From a virus, in the IMG/VR virus record IMGVR_UViG_3300042197_001567, positions 1-64,000 of that record: DNA of 64,000 nt, one strand, 5' to 3'. The position numbers and the translations under genes were made by a program. The notes under the pieces were generated by a model that ran no database searches, was not told the origin of the DNA, and worked only from the letters and a program-made list of their open reading frames with translations. Within the stretch, counting starts at the first letter, position 1. Each line of letters begins with the position of its first letter. This document shows, piece by piece, positions 1-9,103 of this stretch.

Positions 1-138
1 ACCTAAAAGACCGTCACTGGAAAGTACTTCTCAAAAGGAAGTGGATACGAGTAGAAACAATAATGACTCAAAAGATTTCCATCAAAACGTGTAATCTCAG
101 CGTTTCTTTTTTTAAAGTGGAGCCACCGGTAAATATTT

Positions 139-161
139 AGGGACAATTCGTCCCTTTTTTT
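139..161 (+). terminator. Intrinsic terminator
   Basis: AGGGAC-aattc-GTCCCT hairpin followed by a T-run; abuts the stop of the minus-strand gene at 160. Confidence 0.7.
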
Positions 162-828
162 ATATATTTTCTATTTTGATTTGTTCGTCTCTATTTACAA
201 GTTTTTTGTATAATTCGATATCTGATGACCACTCTTTCCCGGTCCAGAATTCAAACCCAGAAAAATTAGATTTATATTCACAACATTTTTCGTATCCGCC
301 CATCAAATAAACATAATTTGATTTATTTTCCTGGGCGATCTTACATTCAAACATTTGTGCAACATTACCCATAGATAATTTAGAATCTTCATAGTCCCAT
401 AAAAATTGATAAGCAACCATCTGGGAGTCAAAATATTTGTATATCGAAATTGCAATTAATTTGTCCGTCCAATATTCGATTACATTACAATCTAAAAAAG
501 TTTCCAATTTTATTTCCCTTTTGAATGAGTTGTGATTACAATATTTTTCATGTAATTTTTTATATTCACCCAGATTAAAAGAAATATCACCATTTTTTAT
601 TGTTATTTTATTAGATAATCTTTTTGTTGTTTTGGATGGTTTATATTCTGTTAGATTAATTCTAGTGCTCCTTTCATTGTACCATTTTTCTTTCCAGGGT
701 ATCCATCCTGAATTTAAAATTTCAGAAATATTATCATTATCTTCTAAAAGCCCATAAGCACAATTTACAACAACTTCATAATCACTAATTTTTCCAAAAC
801 CATTAATATGGTCAAATATAACTTTCAT
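160..828 (-). CDS. Aminoacyl-tRNA--protein transferase, Bpt/ATE1-like (N-degron pathway)
   Basis: GW...STRI N-part and C-terminal SMG...YVYLMGGYEKCCEYKSNF, resembling the ATE1/Bpt C-domain (SLG...YxYLGY...YKxxF). Confidence 0.7.
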   Translation of the reverse strand: MKVIFDHINGFGKISDYEVVVNCAYGLLEDNDNISEILNSGWIPWKEKWYNERSTRINLTEYKPSKTTKRLSNKITIKNGDISFNLGEYKKLHEKYCNHNSFKREIKLETFLDCNVIEYWTDKLIAISIYKYFDSQMVAYQFLWDYEDSKLSMGNVAQMFECKIAQENKSNYVYLMGGYEKCCEYKSNFSGFEFWTGKEWSSDIELYKKLVNRDEQIKIENI

Positions 829-863
829 TTCGATAAATATTTCTCACTTCAGTATTTATTATT

Positions 864-1073
864 ATGACAGTGATCCACGAAGTACAACAAGTTTTAACTG
901 TGAATACACCTTTCGGCGAAGCTCAAGTTTTATTCATAATAGATTACGGAATTCATAGAAATTCTATATGGGTATGTTCTTCTTTTGAAGATGGTAAAAT
1001 AAGACACTTTGATACTAATCAAATAACGGTTACAATCAACCATACTTTAAATTTTAACATGAAGGATAAATAA
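864..1073 (+). CDS. Hypothetical small phage protein
   Basis: 69-aa ORF with TATTTAT motif at 853-859 and a downstream hairpin. Confidence 0.7.
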   Translation: MTVIHEVQQVLTVNTPFGEAQVLFIIDYGIHRNSIWVCSSFEDGKIRHFDTNQITVTINHTLNFNMKDK

Positions 1074-1106
1074 AAAATCCCACCATAATTAAATGATGGG
1101 ATCAAT

Positions 1107-1524
1107 TGGTGGACCTAGAGGGCTCCGACTCCCTCGTCCGGCTCGTTTTGTCAAAAAGACAACTACATGTTTAGGTTAAGATTTTTCATATCTTCCAAAA
1201 TATTTGGTTCCTATTTTGACATTGTTACCAAAAACTGTGTCGAGTTCACTTTTGTTACGGTAGCTCTCTGAACGAGACCGTTGTTTTCTTTTAGAGTAAA
1301 AACCAACTCATCTACGACTTCTGTTACTAGGTATCTGTCTGACCGACCCTCCGTTTCCGTATCTTATTAAGCTACAGTAACTTCAGAACCTCTTACTAAT
1401 CCAAGAGTTTCCATTTTGTTTAGCACATTGCCAATTATTGTTCGAATCAGTTTTTAACGAGTTTAATTCAGACCCGACATGCTTCTTTAATCCAACCAAC
1501 GCCCGTCAAATCCAATATAGGCCC
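1107..1524 (-). ncRNA. ssrA: tmRNA
   Basis: 5' GGGCCUAUAUUGGAUUUGAC; 3' UAGGUCC-A-CCA; 7-bp acceptor stem with G3:U wobble (Ala identity); T-stem GAGGG/CCCUC; internal tag ORF; 418 nt. Confidence 0.93.
1364..1432 (-). other. tmRNA tag reading frame (A)GNVLNKMETLGLVRGSEVTVA**
   Basis: AUAAUU followed by GGC resume codon, 21 codons and tandem UAA UAA. Confidence 0.75.
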
Positions 1525-1591
1525 ATATGTTTTGTACGGTGTGTTTTAAATGAACTAGTTATAAATATAAAGATAATAATATTTATTATAT

Positions 1592-2662
1592 ATGCCAAGT
1601 GAAACTTACAAATTTTTAGAAAAGTTAAGTCAGGGTGATAATTCTGAAATTAATCGATACAACTATCCGGATGAATTGATATCTGATGTTCGAGAATCTT
1701 CTAAAAATCCAAGATTAACTCAAATAATAATACAATTTGAAGATGCTGAAAAATATCTTAACCTTTTAGGTGTTGATAGTGAAGAAGATTTATGGGTTTG
1801 GAGAAAGTTTTCAGACAGTTACGGTTATGAGGAATATACCTGGGATAGATATCGTGATGATTTTTTTGAGGGATATATTTTGGAGAGTTTGAATGCGGAA
1901 AACTTAAGGTTAATTTTAAAAATAAGAAGCTTATGTCCAGTTCCTAAAACAAGAGATGAAGATCCACAACATAAACTAGAAAATTTTTTAAACGAGAGAT
2001 TTTATAATGAAGTTGATAACATAATTGCGATATATCAAACATATCATGATGAATGTATTGCAAGAGCAGTTAACGAAATAATTGAAAATGAAACTAAAAA
2101 CCCATTTCAAAAATTAGGAATTACAGAAATTTATAAAAACTATAGATTTAAAACAACTGTTGGTATCTTGCTAAATTTGTATAAAATAATAAATGGTCAA
2201 GAATTAGATTTGTTTGGACTTCTAAAAAAACTTGATGAAAAGTATAACAAATACATAGTTAGAGGCGATTGGTACGAATTGGAGTATAATAGTTGGTGTG
2301 ATGATTTTGATTCTAATAGTATGAATGATGAAATAAAAAAATATTTGAATGACATCATAGAACAACTTGAAGAAGAGAGTGAAGATAATAAGGATCTTAA
2401 AGATTTTAATGAATTATTTGAAGCCGTTTGGAAATTAGGTGGGTTTGGATGGTGGATTAACATGGCCGAAAAACAAATCGATATAAGATTTAAGGATTTA
2501 GAAAGAAATCCAACAAGACTTACATTTCATTACAAGAAACCGAACCAAAATTATATGGAAAGTGAGATTAGAAGTGTGAAAAACCTTGAGGAATTAAATA
2601 TGATGCTTTATCAAGGTGATTTATTTGAAAACGTCAAAAAAATATTAAGAAAACTTTTGTAA
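1592..2662 (+). CDS. Hypothetical protein
   Basis: 356-aa acidic ORF, TATTTAT upstream; no recognised domain. Confidence 0.75.
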   Translation: MPSETYKFLEKLSQGDNSEINRYNYPDELISDVRESSKNPRLTQIIIQFEDAEKYLNLLGVDSEEDLWVWRKFSDSYGYEEYTWDRYRDDFFEGYILESLNAENLRLILKIRSLCPVPKTRDEDPQHKLENFLNERFYNEVDNIIAIYQTYHDECIARAVNEIIENETKNPFQKLGITEIYKNYRFKTTVGILLNLYKIINGQELDLFGLLKKLDEKYNKYIVRGDWYELEYNSWCDDFDSNSMNDEIKKYLNDIIEQLEEESEDNKDLKDFNELFEAVWKLGGFGWWINMAEKQIDIRFKDLERNPTRLTFHYKKPNQNYMESEIRSVKNLEELNMMLYQGDLFENVKKILRKLL

Positions 2663-2686
2663 AAAAATAAAAGTTTCTTATCTTTG
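2656..2686 (+). promoter_or_regulatory. Bacteroidota primary-sigma promoter (-33 TTTG, -7 TAnnTTTG)
   Basis: TTTG(2656-2659)-N19-TATCTTTG(2679-2686), 4 nt before the ATG at 2691. Confidence 0.7.
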
Positions 2687-2690
2687 TTTT

Positions 2691-3476
2691 ATGGAAAGAG
2701 ATTTCGAATTATTGAAAAAGGTTTTATCGGTTCCTTCAAAAACTTACAAAGAAGATTTAATGATAGATTTTATAACAACATGGTTGGAAAAAAATAAAAT
2801 TCCTTTTTATGTTGATGAATTTTATAATATCTACGCAACAAAGAAAACAGATGAAAATATTGATTATTTTCCATGTGTTGTATCTCATACCGATACGGTT
2901 CATAATATAGATTCAATAAATGTTGTTGAGGAGATGTTGCCAAATGCTCAGAACGAAATTAAATTATCATTGAGAGCGTATAACAACGAAGGATCTCCAA
3001 CTGGAATTGGTGGTGATGATAAATGTGGTATTTTTGGATGTTTGGAATTATTGAAAGAACTTCCAAATCTAAAGGCGGCATTTTTTGTTGCGGAAGAAAC
3101 TGGATGTAAGGGTTCTTTTAATTCGGATCCTTCATTTTTTGACAACGTAGGTTATGCAATTCAATTTGATGCCCCTGAAAATAATATGATTTCAGAATTT
3201 CTTATGGGTAAACCAATGTTCAAACGAGATAGTGATTTTTTCACAATAGGATCTGAACTTCTTACAGAGCATTTCCCAAAAGATACCAAATATCACAAAC
3301 ATCCATATACGGACATCTATCCTTTGAATCAAAAATTTGGTTTATCTTGTTTTAACATATCAATTGGATATTATAATTATCATACCAGAAATGAATATGT
3401 TGTAGTTGAGGACACTTATAATGGGATCAAAGTAGGTAAACTTATGATAGAAAAATTAGGATATAATAAATATTAA
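2691..3476 (+). CDS. Zinc metallopeptidase, M20/M28/M42 clan
   Basis: SHTDTVH, GGDDKCG, EETG and C-terminal YH metal-ligand motifs. Confidence 0.85.
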   Translation: MERDFELLKKVLSVPSKTYKEDLMIDFITTWLEKNKIPFYVDEFYNIYATKKTDENIDYFPCVVSHTDTVHNIDSINVVEEMLPNAQNEIKLSLRAYNNEGSPTGIGGDDKCGIFGCLELLKELPNLKAAFFVAEETGCKGSFNSDPSFFDNVGYAIQFDAPENNMISEFLMGKPMFKRDSDFFTIGSELLTEHFPKDTKYHKHPYTDIYPLNQKFGLSCFNISIGYYNYHTRNEYVVVEDTYNGIKVGKLMIEKLGYNKY

Positions 3477-3501
3477 AAAAGGAGGTTTAATCCTCCTTTT
3501 T
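3475..3501. terminator. Bidirectional terminator between convergent peptidase and clpC
   Basis: AAAAAAGGAGG-tttaat-CCTCCTTTTT. Confidence 0.8.
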
Positions 3502-5547
3502 CTTTCTTACCCTTTTTTTAGGTTCCGGTTTAATTATCTCTTTAAGATCGACATATTCATCTTCACCATTTTTCTTAATAAATAAAATATATTCTTTTTC
3601 TTCCTCAAGTTCATTGGTTAGAATTTTTTCTGAAATCAAGTCTTCGATTTTGTCTTGAATTGCCCTTTTTATTGGTCTTGCACCATACTGATCATCAAAT
3701 CCAATTTTGGATATGTAATCAATAAGACAATCTTCATAACCAATATTATATTTCATGTTATTAACTCGAAGAATTAATTTGTCAACTTCCAATTTAACAA
3801 TCCTATTAATGTCGTCTTTTTGAAGTGAGTTAAAGATAACAACTTCATCAATTCTATTTAAAAATTCAGGTGCAAAAAACTTACTTAATTCTTTTCTCAA
3901 AACATCTCGTTTAAGTTCTTCTTCCAAGATTTCATTATTTGTTGACTTAAAACCAACACCGGTTCCAAAATCTTGTAATTTCTTAACTCCGATATTAGAA
4001 GTCATAATTATTAAACAATTTTTGAAATTAATTTTTCTACCCAGACCATCAGTCATATGACCATCGTCCAACATTTGAAGTAAAGTTGAAAATATGTCTT
4101 TATTTGCCTTTTCAATTTCGTCAAATAAAATTACAGAATATGGTTTATTTTTAACTTGTTCAGTTAATTGACCACCTTCATCGTGACCAACATATCCTGG
4201 AGGCGAACCGATTAATCTAGAAATTGTATGTTTTTCTTGGTATTCACTCATATCAACTCTAATAAGACTATCTTCACTTCCAAAAATTTCTTTTGCCAAT
4301 TGTTTTGCCAAAAATGTCTTACCTACACCAGTTGATCCCAAGAATATAAACGAACCAATGGGTCTGTTTGGATCTTTGATTCCAACTCGATTTCTTCTAA
4401 TTGCTTTCGAAATCTTCTTAACGGCTTCTGATTGACCAATAATTAATTTGTTTAAAGTATCTTCTAAACTAACTAATGAATTTTTTTCATCAAGATTTAT
4501 TTTTGACACCGGTATCTTTGTCATATTAGATACTACCTCATAAATTAAGTCTTCTGGTATTTCTCTTTTATTATTTTTTAAATCTTCTTCAAATTTATTT
4601 TTTTCAACTTCTAATTTTATATTAACAGTTTTTTCACGATCTCTCAATTCGGCGGCTAATTCATACTTTTGTTTTTTAATAACCTCGGCTTTTTCTTGTT
4701 TAATTGCAACAATTTCAGCCTTCAAAATTTCAATACTTTCTGGAAGTTTAATATCAATTTGCATTCTTGACCCAACCTCATCTAAAATATCGAAAGCTTT
4801 ATCTGGAAATTCTCTATCAGTAATATATCTATCTGCCAATTCTACAAACAACCATAATACCTCATCACTATAATGAACCATATGATGATTTTCATACTTA
4901 CCTTTACTTAATTTTAGGATTTCAAAAGTTTCACTTTTAGTTGAAGGGTCAACAATTATTTTTTGAAATCTTCTTTCTAACGCTCCGTCTTTTTCAAAAT
5001 GTTTTCTGTACTCGTCTAATGTTGTTGCCCCAATACATTGTATTTCACCCCTAGATAATGCCGGTTTGAATATGTTTGAAGCGTCTAATGAACCTGAACT
5101 ATTCCCAGCACCTACCATAGTGTGAATTTCATCGATAAAAATAATGATGTTAGGATTGGCCTGCAATTCTTCAATGATCACTTTCATCCTTTCTTCGAAT
5201 TGACCTCTATATTTTGTACCCGCAACAATAGAGTTCATTTCTAATGATACGATTCTTTTATCCGCCAAATTTTTTGGGCATTCCCCAGAATGAATCATCA
5301 TTGCAAGACCCTCAACAATTGCCGTTTTACCAGCTCCAGGTTCACCAATAATGATTGGGTTGTTTTTCTTTCTTCTAGATAAAATTTGGGCAATCCTTAT
5401 AATCTCTTTTTTTCTTCCAATTACAGGGTCTAATTTACCTTGTTCCGCAAGTTTATTAAGGTCTTTACTAAAATTATCTAACACAGGTGTTGTATTATCA
5501 CCCTTTTTTTTGTTTTTGTCTCCATCATCTGCGAATTCAATTGCCAT
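3487..5547 (-). CDS. clpC: ClpC-type Clp/Hsp100 ATPase lacking the N-terminal domain
   Basis: LDPVIGR, GEPGAGKT, IDEIH, UVR-like middle domain (KYELAAELRDRE), GSTGVGKT, LIGSPPGYVG, VGF ClpP-docking loop, GARP. Confidence 0.9.
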   Translation of the reverse strand: MAIEFADDGDKNKKKGDNTTPVLDNFSKDLNKLAEQGKLDPVIGRKKEIIRIAQILSRRKKNNPIIIGEPGAGKTAIVEGLAMMIHSGECPKNLADKRIVSLEMNSIVAGTKYRGQFEERMKVIIEELQANPNIIIFIDEIHTMVGAGNSSGSLDASNIFKPALSRGEIQCIGATTLDEYRKHFEKDGALERRFQKIIVDPSTKSETFEILKLSKGKYENHHMVHYSDEVLWLFVELADRYITDREFPDKAFDILDEVGSRMQIDIKLPESIEILKAEIVAIKQEKAEVIKKQKYELAAELRDREKTVNIKLEVEKNKFEEDLKNNKREIPEDLIYEVVSNMTKIPVSKINLDEKNSLVSLEDTLNKLIIGQSEAVKKISKAIRRNRVGIKDPNRPIGSFIFLGSTGVGKTFLAKQLAKEIFGSEDSLIRVDMSEYQEKHTISRLIGSPPGYVGHDEGGQLTEQVKNKPYSVILFDEIEKANKDIFSTLLQMLDDGHMTDGLGRKINFKNCLIIMTSNIGVKKLQDFGTGVGFKSTNNEILEEELKRDVLRKELSKFFAPEFLNRIDEVVIFNSLQKDDINRIVKLEVDKLILRVNNMKYNIGYEDCLIDYISKIGFDDQYGARPIKRAIQDKIEDLISEKILTNELEEEKEYILFIKKNGEDEYVDLKEIIKPEPKKRVRKKKED

Positions 5548-5610
5548 AATCTTTGTTTTTTGTTTTAAAATTAGTTATAATTTACATTATAGTAAACTAA
5601 AATAAAAAAG

Positions 5611-5668
5611 TGTCATAAAAACTGACAATTTGTCATGTTATATAAAATGGCACGTTTATTTATAAATA
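5611..5668. promoter_or_regulatory. Divergent clpC / UVR-dnaK control region: TGACA/TGTCA inverted repeats, TGGCACG, palindromic TATTTATAAATA
   Basis: TGTCA-N7-TGACA-ATT-TGTCA (5611-5635), TGGCACG (5648-5654), TATTTATAAATA (5657-5668). Confidence 0.45.
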
Positions 5669-5702
5669 GGTTTACACAAATAAACTTATAAAAAAAACAA
5701 AA

Positions 5703-6077
5703 ATGGATTTCGATAGTTTTGACGATTTGTTCAACAAAATGTACAATTATGTAAACACATCAAGTTTTTCAGGTAATGACTGGACCGAAAAAAAATATCA
5801 GTCGCCAGATGGAAAAATTAGCTTTACTTATTTCTCTAGAAATAATAAATTTGAGCCCACTCTAGATGAGATTGGTAAACTAAAAAACGAGTTGGACACT
5901 GCGGTTGAATCACAAGATTTTGAACGGGCAGTCGTGTTGAGGGATAGAATTAAAAGTCTGGAAAAAAATAAACAACAGATCCTTGATCTTGAGACCAAAT
6001 TAAAAGAATGTGTGAAATCACAGGATTTTGAAAAGGCAATTGAGTATAGGGATCAAATAAACAAATTAAAATCATAA
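5703..6077 (+). CDS. Tandem UVR (UvrB/C) motif protein, putative ClpC adaptor
   Basis: Two UVR motifs: [20 protein letters not shown] and [20 protein letters not shown]. Confidence 0.8.
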   Translation: MDFDSFDDLFNKMYNYVNTSSFSGNDWTEKKYQSPDGKISFTYFSRNNKFEPTLDEIGKLKNELDTAVESQDFERAVVLRDRIKSLEKNKQQILDLETKLKECVKSQDFEKAIEYRDQINKLKS

Positions 6078-6079
6078 AA

Positions 6080-7939
6080 ATGGGAAAAATTATTGGTATT
6101 GATTTGGGTACTACAAATTCTTGTGTTGCCGTAATGGAAGGCAAAGAACCTGTAGTAATTACAAACAGTGAAGGGAAAAGAACAACACCATCGGTTGTTG
6201 GTTTTATTAAAGACGGGGAAAGAAAAATCGGTGACCCGGCCAAACGTCAGGCGGTTACAAACCCCAAAAAAACGATTTATTCGATCAAAAGATTTATGGG
6301 AACATCATTCACCGAATCAAAAGGTGAAATTGATAAGGTACCATATAAAATCGTAAATGAAAAAAATTCACCACGAGTTGATATCGATGGTAAAAACTTT
6401 TCACCACAAGAAATATCTGCGGCCATTCTTCAAAAAATGAAACAAACCGCAGAAGATTATTTAGGTCAAAGTGTGACTGAAGCCGTAATTACCGTTCCGG
6501 CATATTTCAATGACGCACAAAGACAAGCAACAAAAGAAGCTGGCGAAATTGCCGGTCTTACTGTGAAAAGAATTATCAATGAACCCACGGCCGCCGCTTT
6601 AGCTTACGGTCTTGATAAACAATCGAAAGACATGAAAATTGTCGTATTCGACTGTGGTGGTGGAACTCATGACGTATCAGTATTAGAATTGGGTGGTGGT
6701 GTTTTTGAAGTGTTGTCAACTGATGGTGACACACATCTTGGTGGGGATGATTTCGACCAAGCTATTATTGATTATTTGGCAAGTGAGTTCAAAAATGAAC
6801 ATGGTATGGATATTACCCAAGATCCAATCGCACTTCAACGACTGAAAGAAGCTGGTGAAAAAGCTAAAGTAGAATTATCTTCGTCTCCACAGACAGAAAT
6901 TAATTTACCTTATGTAACCGCGGACGCTTCTGGACCAAAACACCTTGTAAAAACAATTACAAAAGCCAAATTTGAACAATTGGTGGAACCTTTAATTCAA
7001 AGAACAATTAAACCATGTGAGTCGGCATTGAAAAATGCGGGTCTAAAACCAAGTGATATCGATGAAATTATTCTTGTTGGTGGATCGACACGTATTCCAG
7101 CAATACAAGATGAGGTTAAGAAGTTCTTTGGTAAAGAACCATCTAAAGGTGTTAATCCAGATGAAGTGGTTGCTTTAGGGGCTGCGATTCAAGGGGGTGT
7201 ATTGGCTGGAGATGTAACGGATGTATTATTGTTGGATGTGACTCCACTTTCTTTAGGTATTGAAACTATGGGCGGTGTATTTACAAAATTAATTCCAGCC
7301 AATACAACCATACCAACTAAAAAGTCAGAAACATTTACAACCGCATCTGATAATCAATCCACAGTGGATATTCATGTACTCCAGGGTGAGAGAGCAATGT
7401 CAAAAGATAATCGAACTATTGGTAAATTCCATTTAGATGGTCTCCCACCAGCAATGAGAGGTGTACCTCAAATTGAAGTAAGCTTTGACATTGACGCGAA
7501 TGGTATTATTCATGTGTCCGCAACAGATAAGGGTACCGGAAAATTACAATCAATTAGAATTGAATCTTCTTCTGGTTTGTCAAAAGACGAAATCGAAAAA
7601 ATGAAAATGGAGGCCGAAAAAAATGCTGAATCCGACAAGCAATTAAAGGAAGATGCTGACACATTAAATTCTGCCGACTCATTAATTTTTAGAGTTAATA
7701 AATCAATTAAAGATTTGGAAGGGAAAATTAGTGATGAAGAGAAATCAGATGTTGAGTCCTCTATTAATAAATTAAAAGAAGCGTTTGACAAAAAAGATGT
7801 TTCAGAAGTTAAGGTTTTAACTGAAGAAGTTAATCAAAAATTTCAAACAATAAGTGAAAAACTTTACGCATCTACAACCACAAACGATGATGTTACGGAT
7901 CAAGATTTTGAAAACGTTGACTACCAGGAAGTAAAATAA
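6080..7939 (+). CDS. dnaK: Chaperone DnaK (Hsp70)
   Basis: [39 protein letters not shown]; acidic C-terminus ending VDYQEVK. Confidence 0.98.
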   Translation: MGKIIGIDLGTTNSCVAVMEGKEPVVITNSEGKRTTPSVVGFIKDGERKIGDPAKRQAVTNPKKTIYSIKRFMGTSFTESKGEIDKVPYKIVNEKNSPRVDIDGKNFSPQEISAAILQKMKQTAEDYLGQSVTEAVITVPAYFNDAQRQATKEAGEIAGLTVKRIINEPTAAALAYGLDKQSKDMKIVVFDCGGGTHDVSVLELGGGVFEVLSTDGDTHLGGDDFDQAIIDYLASEFKNEHGMDITQDPIALQRLKEAGEKAKVELSSSPQTEINLPYVTADASGPKHLVKTITKAKFEQLVEPLIQRTIKPCESALKNAGLKPSDIDEIILVGGSTRIPAIQDEVKKFFGKEPSKGVNPDEVVALGAAIQGGVLAGDVTDVLLLDVTPLSLGIETMGGVFTKLIPANTTIPTKKSETFTTASDNQSTVDIHVLQGERAMSKDNRTIGKFHLDGLPPAMRGVPQIEVSFDIDANGIIHVSATDKGTGKLQSIRIESSSGLSKDEIEKMKMEAEKNAESDKQLKEDADTLNSADSLIFRVNKSIKDLEGKISDEEKSDVESSINKLKEAFDKKDVSEVKVLTEEVNQKFQTISEKLYASTTTNDDVTDQDFENVDYQEVK

Positions 7940-7960
7940 TCTCCCAAGATTAAATAAATT

Positions 7961-7990
7961 AAAATCCACCTTTTTGGTGGATTTTTTTTT
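7961..7990 (+). terminator. Intrinsic terminator after dnaK
   Basis: AAAATCCACC-ttttt-GGTGGATTTTTTTTT. Confidence 0.85.
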
Positions 7991-8019
7991 ATCACTATTT
8001 ATATTATAATAAAAAAATC

Positions 8020-8265
8020 ATGGCAATTACAAAAGAAGAAATCCAGGGAACAAAAATTTTAAATGAAATTGATTCGTCTAATTTGGTTAGAACCGAATAT
8101 GATACCGAAACAAAAAAAATGATTGCGGAGTTCAAAAATGGAATGAAATATGAATATGAAGGAGTTCCACATCAAACCTACACGTCTTTTAGATCGGCAC
8201 AGTCACAAGGAAATTTCTTTAACAAGAACATATCTAAAACATTCGCGTACAAGAAAATAGGTTAA
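8020..8265 (+). CDS. KTSC domain protein
   Basis: SSNL..TEYD...EFKNG..YEY.GVP......F..A.SQG.FFNKNI pattern. Confidence 0.9.
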   Translation: MAITKEEIQGTKILNEIDSSNLVRTEYDTETKKMIAEFKNGMKYEYEGVPHQTYTSFRSAQSQGNFFNKNISKTFAYKKIG

Positions 8266-8292
8266 AATGCTTTTTTTTAATATTTATATTAG

Positions 8293-9027
8293 ATGGATAA
8301 AGATGTATTAAAAAGTTTTGAACAAAAAGAAACTTTAAATCCTAAAATTTGGGATAATGTCGATGGTCAATATAAACTAAATGAAGAAGTTAGAGACCAT
8401 TTATTAGATATTGCAAATACATTTATTGACTATCTTGATGTTGATATATTGATCACGGATATAATTATGATCGGATCGGCAGTAAATTATAACTGGTCTA
8501 AATATTCTGATATCGACGTTCATGTACTTTTGAATTTTTCACAATTTCCAGAAAACACACAAGAATTATATATAGAATTTTTCGATCTTAAAAAAACATT
8601 ATTCAATCAAAAACACGAATTATCTATTTATGGTTTAGATGTTGAATGTTTTGTTCAAAACGAAGCCGAAACTGCATTTAGTAGTGGTGTTTATTCTATT
8701 TTATATAATATGTGGGTAAACGAACCAAAAAAAGGTGACACTGTTGATGTGGATTTTGATTTACTTAAAGATAAAGTTAATCAATGGATGGAAATAATTG
8801 ATGGTGTAATTGAAAATATTGAAGATGAGGATCCGGAAACAATAAAAGAACTTGTTAAAAAGTATAAATCAAAATTAAAGAAATATAGACAGTGTGGTTT
8901 AGAAAAAGGTGGGGAAATGTCTTTAGAAAATTTGGTGTTCAAATACTTACGAAGAAACGGATATATTGAGAAGTTATATAATAAACCAACAGAAATTATT
9001 GATAAAAAATTATCAATGAACCAATAA
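8293..9027 (+). CDS. Pol-beta superfamily nucleotidyltransferase
   Basis: GS..NYNW...SDIDVH (GS + DxD) and a downstream VE strand. Confidence 0.7.
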   Translation: MDKDVLKSFEQKETLNPKIWDNVDGQYKLNEEVRDHLLDIANTFIDYLDVDILITDIIMIGSAVNYNWSKYSDIDVHVLLNFSQFPENTQELYIEFFDLKKTLFNQKHELSIYGLDVECFVQNEAETAFSSGVYSILYNMWVNEPKKGDTVDVDFDLLKDKVNQWMEIIDGVIENIEDEDPETIKELVKKYKSKLKKYRQCGLEKGGEMSLENLVFKYLRRNGYIEKLYNKPTEIIDKKLSMNQ

Positions 9028-9103
9028 TAGTTTCGAAAAATAAATATTCTAACTTAATGATATATTTATTAAGAAAAATAATACATTATTAAAAATAATT
9101 AAT

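Noticed and set aside
1370-1432. tmRNA tag resembles a FeoA motif (LGL..G.EV.V)
   Set aside because: Too short to distinguish from chance; context is clearly tmRNA
1-8000. Bacterial chromosomal DNA (dnaK, clpC, ssrA) flanking a prophage
   Set aside because: Same composition and TATTTAT motif as the phage genes; no integrase or att site; no grpE/dnaJ/smpB context; clpC is truncated
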